A DNA stretch of 61,278 bases, filler included, from Bipalium vagum (lineage: Eukaryota): NCBI GenBank assembly GCA_037834085.1. It is 3 parts of 3 records of this genome, joined end to end, with 100 filler letters (N's around TTAATTAATTAA, not from the genome) between each part and the next. Parts side by side here need not be neighbours in the genome. Positions count along the whole stretch, not along the records: positions 16,375 to 38,007 come from JBBMKC010234273.1; positions 38,108 to 61,278 come from JBBMKC010211039.1; 1 more part is not named here. One strand, 5' to 3'. Made by a program: the position numbers and the translations under genes. The first letter of the stretch is position 1, and every line of letters starts with the position of its first letter. Below, in pieces: positions 29,700-43,156 of the stretch. A model generated the notes under the pieces. The model ran no database searches, was not told the DNA's origin, and was given only the letters and a program-made list of their open reading frames with translations.

Positions 29700-29975
29700 A
29701 TTGCAGCAAACAAAGAGTGTATTTCTTTGATGGGATTCCTTCGTAGTCAAAAAGTATTTCTTATTATAGTTCTGTCGTCTCTAGCAGTTGTTTTTCGAGC
29801 TGGTCCTTGATACTTAGACTTTAGATTCTGCCCATTTTTAATCTTTTTCTTCACATTTTTCATACCAGACTGTAATAAATAAAATTTCTTCGCTATCTCA
29901 CATTCAGTCATGGTTGTTTCTTCCAAGAACACCATAATTTGCAATCTTGTACATTCCGAAAGTGTTTGTTTTCTT
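29700..29975 (-). mobile_element. Tc1 N-terminal relic
   Basis: CEIAKKF...GPARKTTARDDRTIIR matches the Tc1 GRPRKTTxRxDRxIxR linker. Confidence 0.65.
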
Positions 29976-32900
29976 AATTAACAATTAATTAAAAAATTTT
30001 AAATAAATATAAAAAAACTGCAAATGTTTTTAAAAATTTTATTTTCAAAATAATACCCAATCGATAATTTAGTTTTCTGATATTCTGTTATATTTGTTAA
30101 AAAATAAGTTCATTTCATGGACTGTATCTAAATTATTAAAATAAAAATATAACAATTGGAATCAAAATTAAATTAGTTCAGTGAAATACCACTTTTTTTT
30201 AGAAATAATACTTGAGTCTATTTCAATGACCAGGTACTGCATATGTTTATTGAAGGAATTTTATGTGTTTGTTATTCAATTTTCGCTAATTCTTATAATT
30301 ATAATATGTGAACTCAATCCTTCGACACAAAATCTGAATTCCAAACCTTTTATTAATTCTCTTTCTCCTTTTCCGATAACCGAAATAGTGAAAAATGTGC
30401 ATGAGAAATCTTTTTCTCCTTCCAGTTTAATATCATAAATCAGTACAAGACGTCTAATCAGTACCATCAGGGAAAAATTATTAAGATAAGAAAATCAAGT
30501 CAAAGTGACGGAAGTGCTACAATATTTTGTGAAGATAAAGTGGTTTATTGATTTTTTATTATCTTAATTAATTCTCTTAGGATTTCTGTAAACTATTTCT
30601 TATCCAATGGCTTAACCTGTTATAATATAAAAAGTTAATTAACTGAAATTAATTACATTAATTACATTTCTGATCAATTTGTTTCAAATTATTTTTAAAA
30701 ATAGATTACATATTTCTCTAAGTCATGATATACACAATTAAAATATTATAAAGCAATAATTATTAAAAATTGATGATATTATTTAATTATTATTATTAAT
30801 TATGGGAATAACAATAATGAATTTGCTAATTTCTATATTTTAACTTATTTTTAATTTGTTTTTTTATTGATTTTTATTAGATTTATTTGTTATTTATTTA
30901 TTATTAACTTTATCAATCAATGTATACAGAAATCATTTTGATTTTTTTCCAAAATTATAAAAAATTATATTTAATAAATAATTTCGATTAATACTGAAGA
31001 AAAGAAAAATAAAAGTACAATTCTCTTCAAATCATTGATTTTTGAAAAATTTAGTAAAATTTATTTTCTAATGATTAATTAATTAATATATTGTTTTTGC
31101 AAAAAATCCAATGATTTTGTAATCTGCTTAGCTCACAAATGCTTTAGGCTCAATATTTCACTTAAAATTGCATTTAATGAACCTATGGATATGCATACAT
31201 CATCTAAATACAAGCTCTCTCACTGTGAAATGACCACTTGCCATAAGTTTTAATTGTTTGCACATTTCATTTTGTTATCGATAATGATGGACGACCAGAA
31301 CGAGCTTTCACACCAGTCCTCAAACAATCAAAAAGATTTCAGGGAAACATGAAATAAAAACCAAAGGATATCTTTGAAAAATCAGGAAAACTAATAAAAC
31401 CTTGTTAGAAAGTTCAAGCATTGGTCCGGTAAATCTAAATTGTTTGACAGAACCATTTGACCAGTTATAAAACATAGAGGAAGTTCTATGATAGTTTTGG
31501 GATACTTGACTGTACATGGTGTCGTCTCATTGGCAGAATGTACGGTAGAATGAATACTGAGCTTTAATGTATTTATTTGGATCAAATGTAGATGAAACTT
31601 CTTTTTTAATTGGAATGGTTATTAAAATTGCGTAATTTAAGGGATTACCTTTGAAAATTTTTATTATACAGGGTGCATCGAAAGTCATTATCTACATGAA
31701 AAAGTATCTAGAGATGATGAATTTTTTGGTTGGGGTTTCATTAAATCTGAAGTATACACTGGAAGAATAATTAAAAATGTGCTGATTTTATCAATCTCAT
31801 TACTGATTCAGTTCAAAAGTTAACGCCACAAATGCTAGAAAATGAATCTTTTTGAACTATGTCAAGCAATATGGTCGCCATGTGGAAAACTGATTATTAT
31901 GTACCAAAAATTTTAAATAGTTTTTTTCAAATAAGAACTTTTTTAATAATTTCAATTATTTATTATAATTGATATATATCAAATAAATAAAATTTGATCA
32001 ATTAAATTTTTTATATATATTGATAAATTTTATGGTGCTTTATTTTTCGTTAGCCATAAATTGTCTCTAAAATTCGGTAAACTGTTGACTGCGGAATTGG
32101 GAATGTTCGATAAATAAAGTAAGTGCTTATCTGAAGACTTTCCCGTTAAAATATGTTTGAATTGCTCGATTTGAGCATTTGGTCTATCACCATGCTGCAT
32201 ATTTGAAAATTAGTTTTTCATGAACTTTGTGAAATATTTTTCGATATTTTTTGTATTTAAGTATCGGAAAGAAATTTTTGTAATTCTTTTTCAGGAAAAT
32301 TAAATAAACGCGCTGCTCTTCATGATTAATTGATTTTTTCAAATTTCTTCTAGTCTAAAATTAAAACTGTTATTAAGCTACTTAAACTAAAAATATATTG
32401 ATAATAATGATTAAATAAAGATTTATTTAAAGCCTGTCATCCCACATTTGCTTGAATTAGCCTAATATTATTTTAATTATTTTATTATAAGAGATTATTT
32501 TATTTAATATACATTTAAATTCAATTTAAATGAATATTTATAAAATCGGTAATTACTTTCTTCCCAAATCTATATTTTATTAAATTGAAACAAAATCTTC
32601 ATAAATGACCGACATAAATTAACTTCACAAAATTAAATATTACAAAAAAACTGATTAAAAAAGAATTTTAATAATTTTAATAAAAAAAATTTCAGTTATA
32701 AATAAAAATAAAATGTAAAAATTTTAAATAATGAAAGAAATAAAATTTTTTAATTAAGTGTAACCTGTAATATTTCAAAGATTTAAAAGGTTAGGAAGAT
32801 CGAAATTTGTTAAATCTTAAAATTATAAAACGCTCTTTAGTGTATCAACTTCTCACTGTTATGAATATAAAAAAAGATTTGCTAAAATTCAATAAATAAA

Positions 32901-33149
32901 TATTAAAATAATAATTTTAATTGATTTTACCAAATTAATGTATCATATTTAATGAATAAAAAATGAATAAAATGAAAATAGGACACAATTTGTATGATAA
33001 AAGAAAGGATCAAATTTATAGATCAACTAGGAATTTGCGTTAGATTTTCATGAAATATTTTATTAATTCTATTTTTAATTATTTTCAGCATAAGGTTACC
33101 AGCGTACTTATTCAATACAAATAGTAAATTAAATTACAAAGAAATCTGA

Positions 33150-33565
33150 AACAAATTCACTGTCCATCCTTTAAGTATTATCCATCATCATATTTAGTCA
33201 TTTACGGTCATCTTTCAGAAAATTTCTAATACCTCTTTAGAGATCTTGAACCAATAAACTTTGAGATTGCAGTTTTGAAACTCTTCTTCAGAAGTGAAAC
33301 TTCGCTCTTAATGGAAATCTTCTAATAACGAAACAAATGGAAATCAGTTTTTCAAAATTAACATTATATTCAAGTTTTGGGAGTATTTGGTTGGAGCATT
33401 TTCATGTTGCAGAAATAGTCTTCCTTTGGCAGATGAAATGGATGAGTATGAAATAGTTGTTTCTGACTTCGATGCTGGTTGCTTTTCCTTATTAAGAGAG
33501 ACTTACTCCATAGCAACCTCTGTGAAGGTTAGATGCGCTAAGGGTTTCAAAGCACACACCTAATA
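33150..33565 (-). mobile_element. Mariner relic (TIR-like end plus C-terminal transposase remnants)
   Basis: TATTAGGTGTG terminus at about 33565; LFLQHENAP (LLHDNA-like) and degenerate C-terminal motifs. Confidence 0.5.
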
Positions 33566-34109
33566 TTAATACTATTATTAAAAAGGTATTTAAATAAATT
33601 TAAAATTTATTAAAAGATCAAAGGTCAAATTTTTGTTTTAATCTGATTGTAGTTTTTACACCTATGATAACAATCAATATTTCCAAAGATTGCTTTTTAA
33701 AGCTTTTGAAATAAATTTGGAATTAACATAATATGAGAGAAAATTATGTAAATTAATATACGTATTTACCAATATATTTTTATCAATTAAGATTAACCTT
33801 TGTACATTGGACAATTTAATTATTTTTATTTTTAAATTAATAATTTGGTCCTGCAATGATTTCTGAAAATTCTTTATTAACATATTTTACTGTCATTGAT
33901 GCAATTTTGTAATTTTCAAATACATTGCTTGTGGTGCATTAATGACCATGTAGATTATGATATTTTTTCATTTTCTATCGAGACTGATTGATTGTTGCGG
34001 GTCTGGGATCGTCTTTATCTGTCATGGATGTTATATTTTTCTAATATATTTATATTTTTTCTATATTTTCTAAGCATTTTACTACGAATTTTATATTTTC
34101 TATTTTTAG

Positions 34110-34196
34110 GACATCATAGGTTTCAGTCCAAATCCCGCTCTTCTACAGAAATCAGAAGTCGCCATGTATCCAGATATGGATATCAGTAATCTGCAG
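34110..34196 (+). CDS. Candidate internal exon of an unidentified gene (DIIGFSPNPALLQKSEVAMYPDMDISNLQ)
   Basis: TTTTTAG| acceptor, CAG|GTGACA donor, 87 nt open in phase 0, GC higher than flanks. Confidence 0.4.
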
Positions 34197-36455
34197 GTGA
34201 CATTAATTTTATTTGTGAAATAAATTATCATTTGATAACACAAAAACAAACTGGAAATAGTATTATATACTGAAAAAAATTAATTATAATTATGAATATT
34301 TATTATTTATAATGAAATATATGTGTACTTATTCATAGTTATTATCCAGTTTTATAATTACATTTTTAATGTTTAATGAGATTATGAGAAATTACTTCTA
34401 AATGTACTATGAATACCCGTGAAAATATAAAATGATAATGTTACTTATTATTATATTTTAAATTAAATTAATATTTAAAATGAAAACCTTTGGATATATA
34501 TTAAAAATTGGAATTAATTAATTTAATTAGTCTACAATTTACTTAATAATATTAATTAATTAATTTCATTTCATTAAACAATTTTAATATTATATTTTGC
34601 CGATTTATGTGAAAAACAATTTAAAATAAATAACTTTAAAAATAAATAATTTAATAAATAACCGATGATGAAAACTTGATTAATTAATGAGGATATCAAA
34701 AAACAGTTTCTTCATTTTTCATAATAAATATGTTTCTGTGATTTATAAATAAATATTTTCACTGTCAGAAATATTTTTCTATTAAAACTTAATTTGATTT
34801 CTTAATGTATAGCGGAAATCAAACAAATTATTTTATATATATTTTTAATTTTTATAATACATTAATTATATTTATTATTATTATTATTCCTTTTATTATT
34901 TATTACCTAAAAATTAATTTATTGTTAAATAATATAAAAATTTATAAAGATTATATATAATAATAAATGTATTATTAATTTTTAATTAAATTTAATAATT
35001 ATAATATTTATATTATAAATAATTTATTATCATTTATCAAGTCTTTGATTTGAATAAATTAATATAAAAATTATCGAAAATTATTATTATCATTATTGAT
35101 TTATTTATATTATTGAGGTTTTTATAATATATTATTACCACAATAATTAATAAAATATATATTTAATTCACAAAACCCAAAAAGCCAAACTCTCATTTCA
35201 AGACACCGGATCATCGGACCGATCAATAATTCAAAGACGAAAGACCGGCACAATGTGGCCCACAGATTTCAGTTGAAAATGTTAATGATAGACAAATTGC
35301 AAAAATAAATTATTTTATTCTTAGTCTTTGTCAAAGCCGAATTAACTTCATTCAAACAAAATATCAAAATAAAAAAAGGTTTAGAAATAACTGAAATTCA
35401 TTTTTAATAATGAAACCCATTAATTCATATTTTTTTATTGTTGATTTATTTTTAAATTTTTTGTGTTTCATAAATAAAAAAAATTATTTAATAACTGACT
35501 GGAGAAAAATCAGCACAATTTTTGTTTTCGTTTAGAAATGAAAGAAAAATATCAACAAATTATGTATTAATATCTGCATTTATTATTTTATTTTATTATG
35601 CAATATTATTATTTATAAGATTTTATTAATATTAATAAAAAAATTATTATTATTATTATTATTGACTTATTAATATTTTTGATGTTTGTATAATTATTGA
35701 TATAAATAAATAAAATACTTCATTCATGCTCTTCACCAAAGTCAATTCATCGAAATCGGTAAGTTTAACAAATAATAAAATTAATTTTTATTAATACAAT
35801 TCATTCAATGTCATTCATATATTGATTTATTTAATATTGAATATTTTAGGATAAATCAATTAATAAATTTTATTGTTTATTTAAGCAAAATCATCATGCA
35901 ACGAATCTTATGTTGTTTTTCATTATTTTTTGAATTTATTCTATTTGTATAAATAAAACAAAAAATTAGGGTGAGTATAATTTCATGAGTAAAATGAAAC
36001 AAACAGAAGAAGTTATGAAAGAAAAATATTAATATCTATTTTANNNNNNNNNNNNNNNNNNNNNNNNNNNNNNNNNNNNNNNNNNNNNNNNNNNNNNNNN
36101 NNNNNNNNNNNNNNNNNNNNNNNNNNNNNNNNNNNNNNNNNNNNNNNNNNNNNNNNNNNNNNNNNNNNNNNNNNNNNNNNNNNNNNNNTTATTATTAGTA
36201 GTAGTAGTTTCATTATTTATTTATAATTATAATTATTATTTATTTATGTATTATTATATATTCAGATTTTTTTATCACTATCATGATGGTGAAGAACGAA
36301 ACGAATTGTGGAAGATGCAGCCGACGATCTAAGTCCACACAAAGCATGACATAATCGGCATTGTTCTCAGAAATGAAAACGACAAAGAACGATGACGTAA
36401 TCACCGTTGAGCCAACAGAAGACAAAAGAAAGAATGAAAATGGACGAGTAATTAC

Positions 36456-37057
36456 TTGTTATCTTTGACGTGATTCCGACCAAGTCCAATATCGGCAGGA
36501 CTTTGTCATGGAACATCTGAACGCCTTTTTTCAGTCCGCCAATAGGATTGATAAATACCTTTAAAGACCGAGGTCGATTCTCGTCTAAACCAACGTGATC
36601 AATCAAGCCCAAAACATCGGTCAACAAAGCTACCTGCGGCTATCTTGTCGCGCAAAATATCGTACCACTCGTTACAACCGTCTTCAGTATCAAAACCGAG
36701 TTCCATCAGTGAAACATCCAACTGATGGAGCTTTCTGGGCCGAGACACTGCGGAATAGATGTATAGTGGAAATGTGCTGTTACTGTCGTATGATCGGTTT
36801 GGAGATCTGAATGAGCTTTGTAGTCGGTGTTTGAGCTGAATATTGTTGTGCCTTGAAACGGTTAATACATTGTGAATGGAAAGAGAGTTGACCACTAAAT
36901 CGGTGTCATTTTGTTTAGTAAATTGAGATTTACCGTTGTCCGTTTGAGTTTGGTAATTCATCGTCAGTAAATTGTTTACAATTGATATTTTACCCTCATG
37001 GCCGTTTATTGTTACAGAAGTGTGTAGGATGAAGTCGTTACAATTGTCATTGACCAT
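36456..37057 (-). CDS. CERK: Ceramide kinase / sphingosine kinase-like gene, first two coding exons (37057-36634, 36584-36456): PH-like domain and start of DAGKc domain
   Basis: After removing a 49-nt GT-AG intron: CNEWYDILRDKIAA-DENRPRSLKVFINPIGGLKKGVQMFHDKVLPILDLVGI, the RPKxLxVFINPxGG motif. The N-terminal PH-like region favours CERK. Confidence 0.85.
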
Positions 37058-38007
37058 TACTTTTGCAGATTAAGTTTCGAGTAATGCTGGAAATGTTCTG
37101 TTATTGGAATTTTGGAATTAAAACTGTTACATAACATATAATCCTACGAAGTTTTCAAATTTGTGCTCTTTATGTTTCATCTTAACATATTATTTAAACA
37201 ACGACAACAACGGATTAGTTTAAATCAAGTAAATATTACATTATAATTAGGATTTATTTAATTGGACAGTTTTTAAGTAAAATTAAAAAAATTAATTAAA
37301 TGTATAAATAAATATTAAAAATATTTATCAATTCAAAAAATTTTCAGCAAATTAATAAAGATAATCTTTTAATTAAGAAGATTAATACAACAAAAACCAC
37401 AGAACAGCAATATCAAAAGAAAATTACCAACTTACTGCTCAATTCAACTATTTAATTCACTTTCTAAATAAAAATTAATTTGTATTAGGAAGCAATCTTT
37501 TTCCTTACTACTGGTTGGTGTTACAATAAGCGAAAATAAGCAGTTAAAAAACTTTAAGTAATCAAAAATTCACTAGGTATATGCAATTTTTCTATCAATA
37601 ATATTTCAATAAATAACTAAATCACTGAAAATGTAAATCGATTCAAATCAATAACAAAATGATGAATTAATATTTAATAAAATAACAATATAAATATCAT
37701 AAAAAGAAAGAAATAACATTAAAAATGTGTTTTTTAAAAATTAATGCAAAGAAACGTTAACAACGTGGGACTTTTAACCTACCCATTGAGAGTCAGTTAG
37801 ATTCATCTAAAGATGATCGAGCTCCATAATTCGGTTGATTGTCCTTTATAAAAATAATTAGCATAATTCTTAAGAAAGTTTTCGGATAACACAAAGTATT
37901 TGTAAGCTTCTCTCAAAGAAATTAGACCAATTTCTTTAAATAATCTCAAAGGTAAACTCTACTGGAAAATATCAATTTCAGGAACAATTTCTGCATTATA
38001 ATCGTTG

Positions 38008-38107
38008 NNNNNNNNNNNNNNNNNNNNNNNNNNNNNNNNNNNNNNNNNNNNTTAATTAATTAANNNNNNNNNNNNNNNNNNNNNNNNNNNNNNNNNNNNN
38101 NNNNNNN
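38008..38107. other. Artificial scaffold linker N44-TTAATTAATTAA-N44
   Basis: Identical to the linker at 16275-16374. Confidence 0.95.
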
Positions 38108-38479
38108 TGTCCTTACCACAACGTTGGCAACAAGTAATCGACAACAATGGTCATTATTTCTGTGATTAAAATAAATATTTTGATCTTAGAACTTTGAGTT
38201 TTATTTTTAATAAAAAATAATGCAGAACTTATTCCACAACCCAATATTAATTACTTTAAAATAATTATTATTATTTTTATTATAATTATTATTGTACATT
38301 TTATTAATATTTAATTTTATTGTTTTTTATTATTTAATTTTATTATTAATAAATTATTTTTATTTTTTAATTTACTTTGTTTTATTTATTACTATCGCTA
38401 ATTTAATCGTGTTTTTTCCTTTTTTTGATAATTATTATGTTTGATTAACATTTATTATTATTAAATATCTCTAATATTG

Positions 38480-39330
38480 TGTGTTTTTTTCAAAATTTAA
38501 TCCATGACAAGCAAAATATTTTTGCCCACGCAAAATAAGTTGATTTATTTCAATGACCTGAAAGTAAGGTCTTCTGGAACTAATACTCATGGAAGGTATT
38601 CTGAACAGTGGAAGACTTTCTTTTGCACAAAGTTGAAAAAATGATATTGTCAACTGGCGACAGATTTGGTGACTTTAAGATAGATTACATATCCCCAGCC
38701 ATTCAGCTTTGTGATCGGACATTGTCGTAAAGAATTATTCTATTGCTCCTATTGAATAATACACAGCACAAAGATGCAATTTCCGATGGATTTCTTCGAC
38801 TTCTTGACAAAATCTTTCTGATGTCACAGTTTCTCTTTAACATAAGAAACTTTAGTGAATCGAACCAACCGATAACCCTCACGCCGACACCATTGTTTTA
38901 TTATGATGCAATCTCGATTTTGTGAACTGATGTTGAATTTCAGCAATGTCCAGCCACTGTGATGACCGTCGCTGGTTGTCTTAAGTAACGCATTTTTTTT
39001 ATCGTTAGAATGTGAAGAAAAAAAAGGTCTTTGTTATGCAACAAAAGAGCGGAGCTCATTTCATAGTGACAACTCCACTGAAAACCTTTCTATTCATGAG
39101 GCATTCATTTAAGGGGCTTCAATGTTTTCCCAAGCTGGTTGAAGTGATTTAGAAGTTTTAGGTGACTGACTAATAACTTTTGCCAAGGTCTTGAGTCGCT
39201 GTATGCGGATCTGCTTCGATCAAGATCTTTCATTTTTCATTGTCAGCTTCCGCAGCATTATTGGCCAATTTGAACTCTTACAATACAATTACTTCTAATT
39301 GACATTTTTCTAATATAATTTCTGGAAAAA
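38480..39330 (-). mobile_element. Decayed near-full-length mariner transposase
   Basis: LIEADPHTATQDL, *MPHE (WVPHEL-like), SQWLD, SPNLSPVD, ILRGQKYFACHG; multiple lesions. Confidence 0.75.
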
Positions 39331-39516
39331 ATATAAATTAGAAATTTGTAACAATAGTTGATTCAAACCTGTGAAAATGTAAGGCATTTCCTGTGTTTTC
39401 AACTGATATATAAATTAACGAGTTCAAACAAATGTTTTCACAAAATCCATTGTCAAGTTTGAATAAAAAATATACAATTATTTTCTCACCAGTCTGTCTA
39501 TTAATAACATTTTAAG

Positions 39517-42500
39517 GTGACTTCGCAATTTTACTAAATGCTGGAATGACCGTGAAGCAGGCTTTATTTTGGAATATGATGTCCGCCGCCACATGTTACA
39601 TAGGCTACGTAATTGGATTTATCTTGGGCGAAACAACTTCTGGATCTACTTGGATATTTGCAGTAGCAGGAGGAATGTTTCTTTACATAAGCTTGGTCGA
39701 TATGGTTAGGTTTTTTTGTATTATGAGATAACAAGATGCATTCTTTTTTTATAAAAAACCACTAAAGATCTTGATCAAGAATTATTGATTTTACATTTTA
39801 CTTTAAAGATATCTTACAGTTATCAAAAATTATAAATTTTCATTATATCATTGTTTGGAGCATATTTGGATCCTTCGGATCGCATATAAATTTTACTAAA
39901 ATATTTCTTTCTTTGGTCATTTTACGTTTTGTTTTAATTAATTTTTCAATAAAATTAAGGTTATAAAAGCTATTTTGTGGTACATTAAAACGTCGCTGTG
40001 AGATGTGAGGTGGAGGGTGATGACTTTGTTTCAAAAATTTAATCAAGGCCTGGAACACCTTCAAGATCAACGAGGAGATCAGGTCAATAACCAAGGATTT
40101 CGGATGGATACGCAACGCAGTTGAAGCTAATTCATCGACCAGCACTCGAAGATTATTTGACGAACTCAGTATTCCAAAGACATCATCAGTTCTTAGTCAT
40201 CTTTATTCAATGGATAAGATAAACAGATGTAATCGACAAATTCCTCAAGAATTGACATAAAATCAAATCAAACTGTGTATAGACACGTGCCAAAAACTTA
40301 TTTCAAATCCTTTTGATGCCAGTTTTATACGCCGAATTGTTACCTCGGATGAAAAATGGGTCTATCTAGATAACCCTAACAGATGATCAATGGCTTGATC
40401 CCGGACAATTACCAAAACAGGTACCAAAGAGAGAATGTTACTCTAAAAAAGTATTATCGTTATCTTTTTTTATTATAAAAATAAACCTCGCGAAGATATA
40501 GGCCAAATCTGAGTACAGATAATATTTTTATTACATCACATTAATGTTTTATGCAAATCAAAAGTGAGAATATTATATAAATTAGAAAGTAAAAAACTTA
40601 ATTATACCATAAAGAAAAAACAATGAACCTAAGATTTTATTTTTTAACATTACAAATCGCTTTTAAATTGGATGCAATTGTCTTTGGACTAACAATGGAT
40701 ATTTTAGCAAGACCACGAGTGGTTTTATTTGAATTTAATTGCACCTCAGTCAGAAAATCGGCATTTTCAATAACGGTTCTGGTCCTATCACGTTTTATCG
40801 GTTATCGTTAATAAATTTCACATACCACCGCCTAATGATTAGTTCATTAACTATGCCTTCCTAAATTAATATTTTCCGAAATTGCTTGTCATAATTTCCA
40901 TTCGTTTAAGTAAATTGTGCGAATTTCTTTGTTTTTTAAGTTTGTGCCATTCTTGGTATTTTTCTAAGAATTTATTGAATTATTTAAACAAATATGAAAA
41001 TCTCATATTATGATTTCAAGATGCAATGTAATCTAAAATCTGAAATAATGCCTGTCTTTTTAATAAAGACCCAGGGGATTTTTCGAGATTTGAATAATAA
41101 ATCCCCATCTTATTTAGTTGTTATTCTTGATATTCAAGTAATTATAAAAACATTATACATTGAAATAATTAATAGATTTAGTAACCACAAATACATTATT
41201 CCTACTCTATTCAGAGCTAACAGTTAAGCATTGAATTCTATCATTTAAATCATTAGGAAACATGACTTTCAAGAAGTTTCCTATAAAATTTGATCAATGC
41301 TAATAAGAAAGATTTGGATTATCACCGAATTAGTTAAGTTCAAAATATAAATTCAAACTTTCTTTAAGCCATTTCCGTAATACCTCAAAAAACTAGATTT
41401 TTCTTTATCATGCAAATTATCTCATTGTAAGGAAATCGTTTCTAAACTACACTGTAAAGATTTAAACCAGTAATTTGTAAAAGCCAAGTGACACCACTTG
41501 AAACAGTAAAATATAAAATCTTTCTTTTTGTCGAATATTTTATGTTTTTTGAAATGTGGGATCGAGAATTATCAAAAATGAGTTAGCAGGAGTACTGGTT
41601 GCAGGAAATATTTATTTAATTATTTTTATAAAGAGTTTTGGATTGATGCATGTCTTCTCTTTTAAACAAATAGATTTATCTTTTCCTTTGATTATTACTG
41701 ATGGATCAAGTTTTTTCCAGTAGCAAATGTAGCACAGATTCCATTATTTGGAACTTCATTAAATTAACAAATGTAACTCCAATTTTCTTTTCATCAACTT
41801 TGTCAATTGTGAATTTGATGTATTGACTCCTCAGCGAGTTCATTGATTCATTTCAAGATGTCGGTTTTTCTAGATGTTTTTCTATTCGGGGTACTAAAAT
41901 TTTTTCTAAATATTCTGGTGATAGCTTTCTTCCTCCTCTGGACATCTATATTGCCCGATATTGGAAGTTGCTATCATTTACTATTTATTTAACCATCTTT
42001 TGAAATCATTTGTTTGCTGTTTTAAATGTTTTTATTTTTATACACAGATATAGCTTTAATTTTGTCTAATTTGTTATAATATTATTTATATTTATATATT
42101 TTTATATATGTATGTACTGATATTATATTTATATATATGAACTGCTTAGAAACTAAAATTGACAATTATCAAGGAAGTAAACCACTGGCTTTAAAAGATA
42201 CGTTGATAATGTGTTTTTAATATTCGAAAGTGAAAATCACATCGATCCATTCTTAAAATACATGAATAGTTTACATGGAAACATTAATTTAATTATGGAA
42301 AAATAAAAAACTGACATTTCTAGATGTTATTGTTTAAAAAGAGGAATCGGGCAATAAATTAAATATCAATATATTTAGACAAGAGACAAATACAGGACTT
42401 TGTAGATCAAATAATAGTTTCTACCAAGAAAGATAAAAAAGTGGATTAATTAAAAGATGAATTCAAGGAGTTGTACATTAATTCAAATAGATAATGAACT

Positions 42501-43156
42501 GGATATCATTAAAGAAATGTTGAAAAAGAATGCATATTCTTATAGAAAGATGGAAAAGGTCATCAATGGGACAATTAGCAGATTAATAACTGTAAAAGAA
42601 AAGTAAAAATAGAAAGGAAGAGTTTTCAAATGGATTTAGAACATTCAAGAACTTAATAGGAAAAACTGTTGGGCTTGAAGATTTAAAAATAATTTCATCT
42701 TTTAACAATTTTTGAATCCTGATGTTTATTTAATTTTTCATAAATTATTAAAGCCCCGTGACCCGTTACTAATGCTGGAAAAATGATGACCCACGGAGCA
42801 TTTTGTCAGGGGTTTACAGTAATTTATGTCCGCAGCTTTACTATAAAAGATTTTTAAAAATTTGCAAAAATTAACTAGTGCAATCGAATATTTTATGTGA
42901 CATAACAATATAACCCACTTTTAAACCGCTTCTTTATATTTTAATTGCACTAATTGAAATTAATTATTCGGAATTACATATTTGATCTTGTTTGCAGATG
43001 CCAGAAATGAACACTGTCTTAGAAGATAAAGAGTGTTTCGAAATCATGGAGTTCGGAATTTTAAATACCTTCATCATTCAAAATATTGGATTGATACTTG
43101 GTTACTCGATTTTACTTTTGATGGCACTTTATGGAAATAATATTAAAATCAATTAA
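39517..43156 (+). CDS. LIV-1-type ZIP (SLC39) metal transporter, last two exons (39517-39704, 42998-43156)
   Basis: [20 protein letters not shown]...[18 protein letters not shown]|MPEMN...[21 protein letters not shown]...*; GT-AG phase-0 intron. Confidence 0.93.
39900..40440 (+). mobile_element. Mariner relic in ZIP intron
   Basis: [49 protein letters not shown]. Confidence 0.85.
40640..40900 (-). mobile_element. Second mariner HTH relic in ZIP intron
   Basis: IRRWYVKF then [31 protein letters not shown]. Confidence 0.55.
42150..42600 (+). mobile_element. Penelope-like element reverse-transcriptase fragment
   Basis: [11 protein letters not shown] (RYVDD) ... [17 protein letters not shown] ... 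LTFLDVIV, the typical PLE RT C-terminal motifs. Confidence 0.75.

Noticed and set aside
18619-36213. ORFs running through N gaps (18619-18840, 36013-36213)
   Set aside because: Artefacts of translating unknown bases.
41590-41960. Minus-strand CYIC-containing fragment resembling a piggyBac C-terminus; similar faint piggyBac traces at 20750-21180
   Set aside because: Too degenerate to support a feature call.
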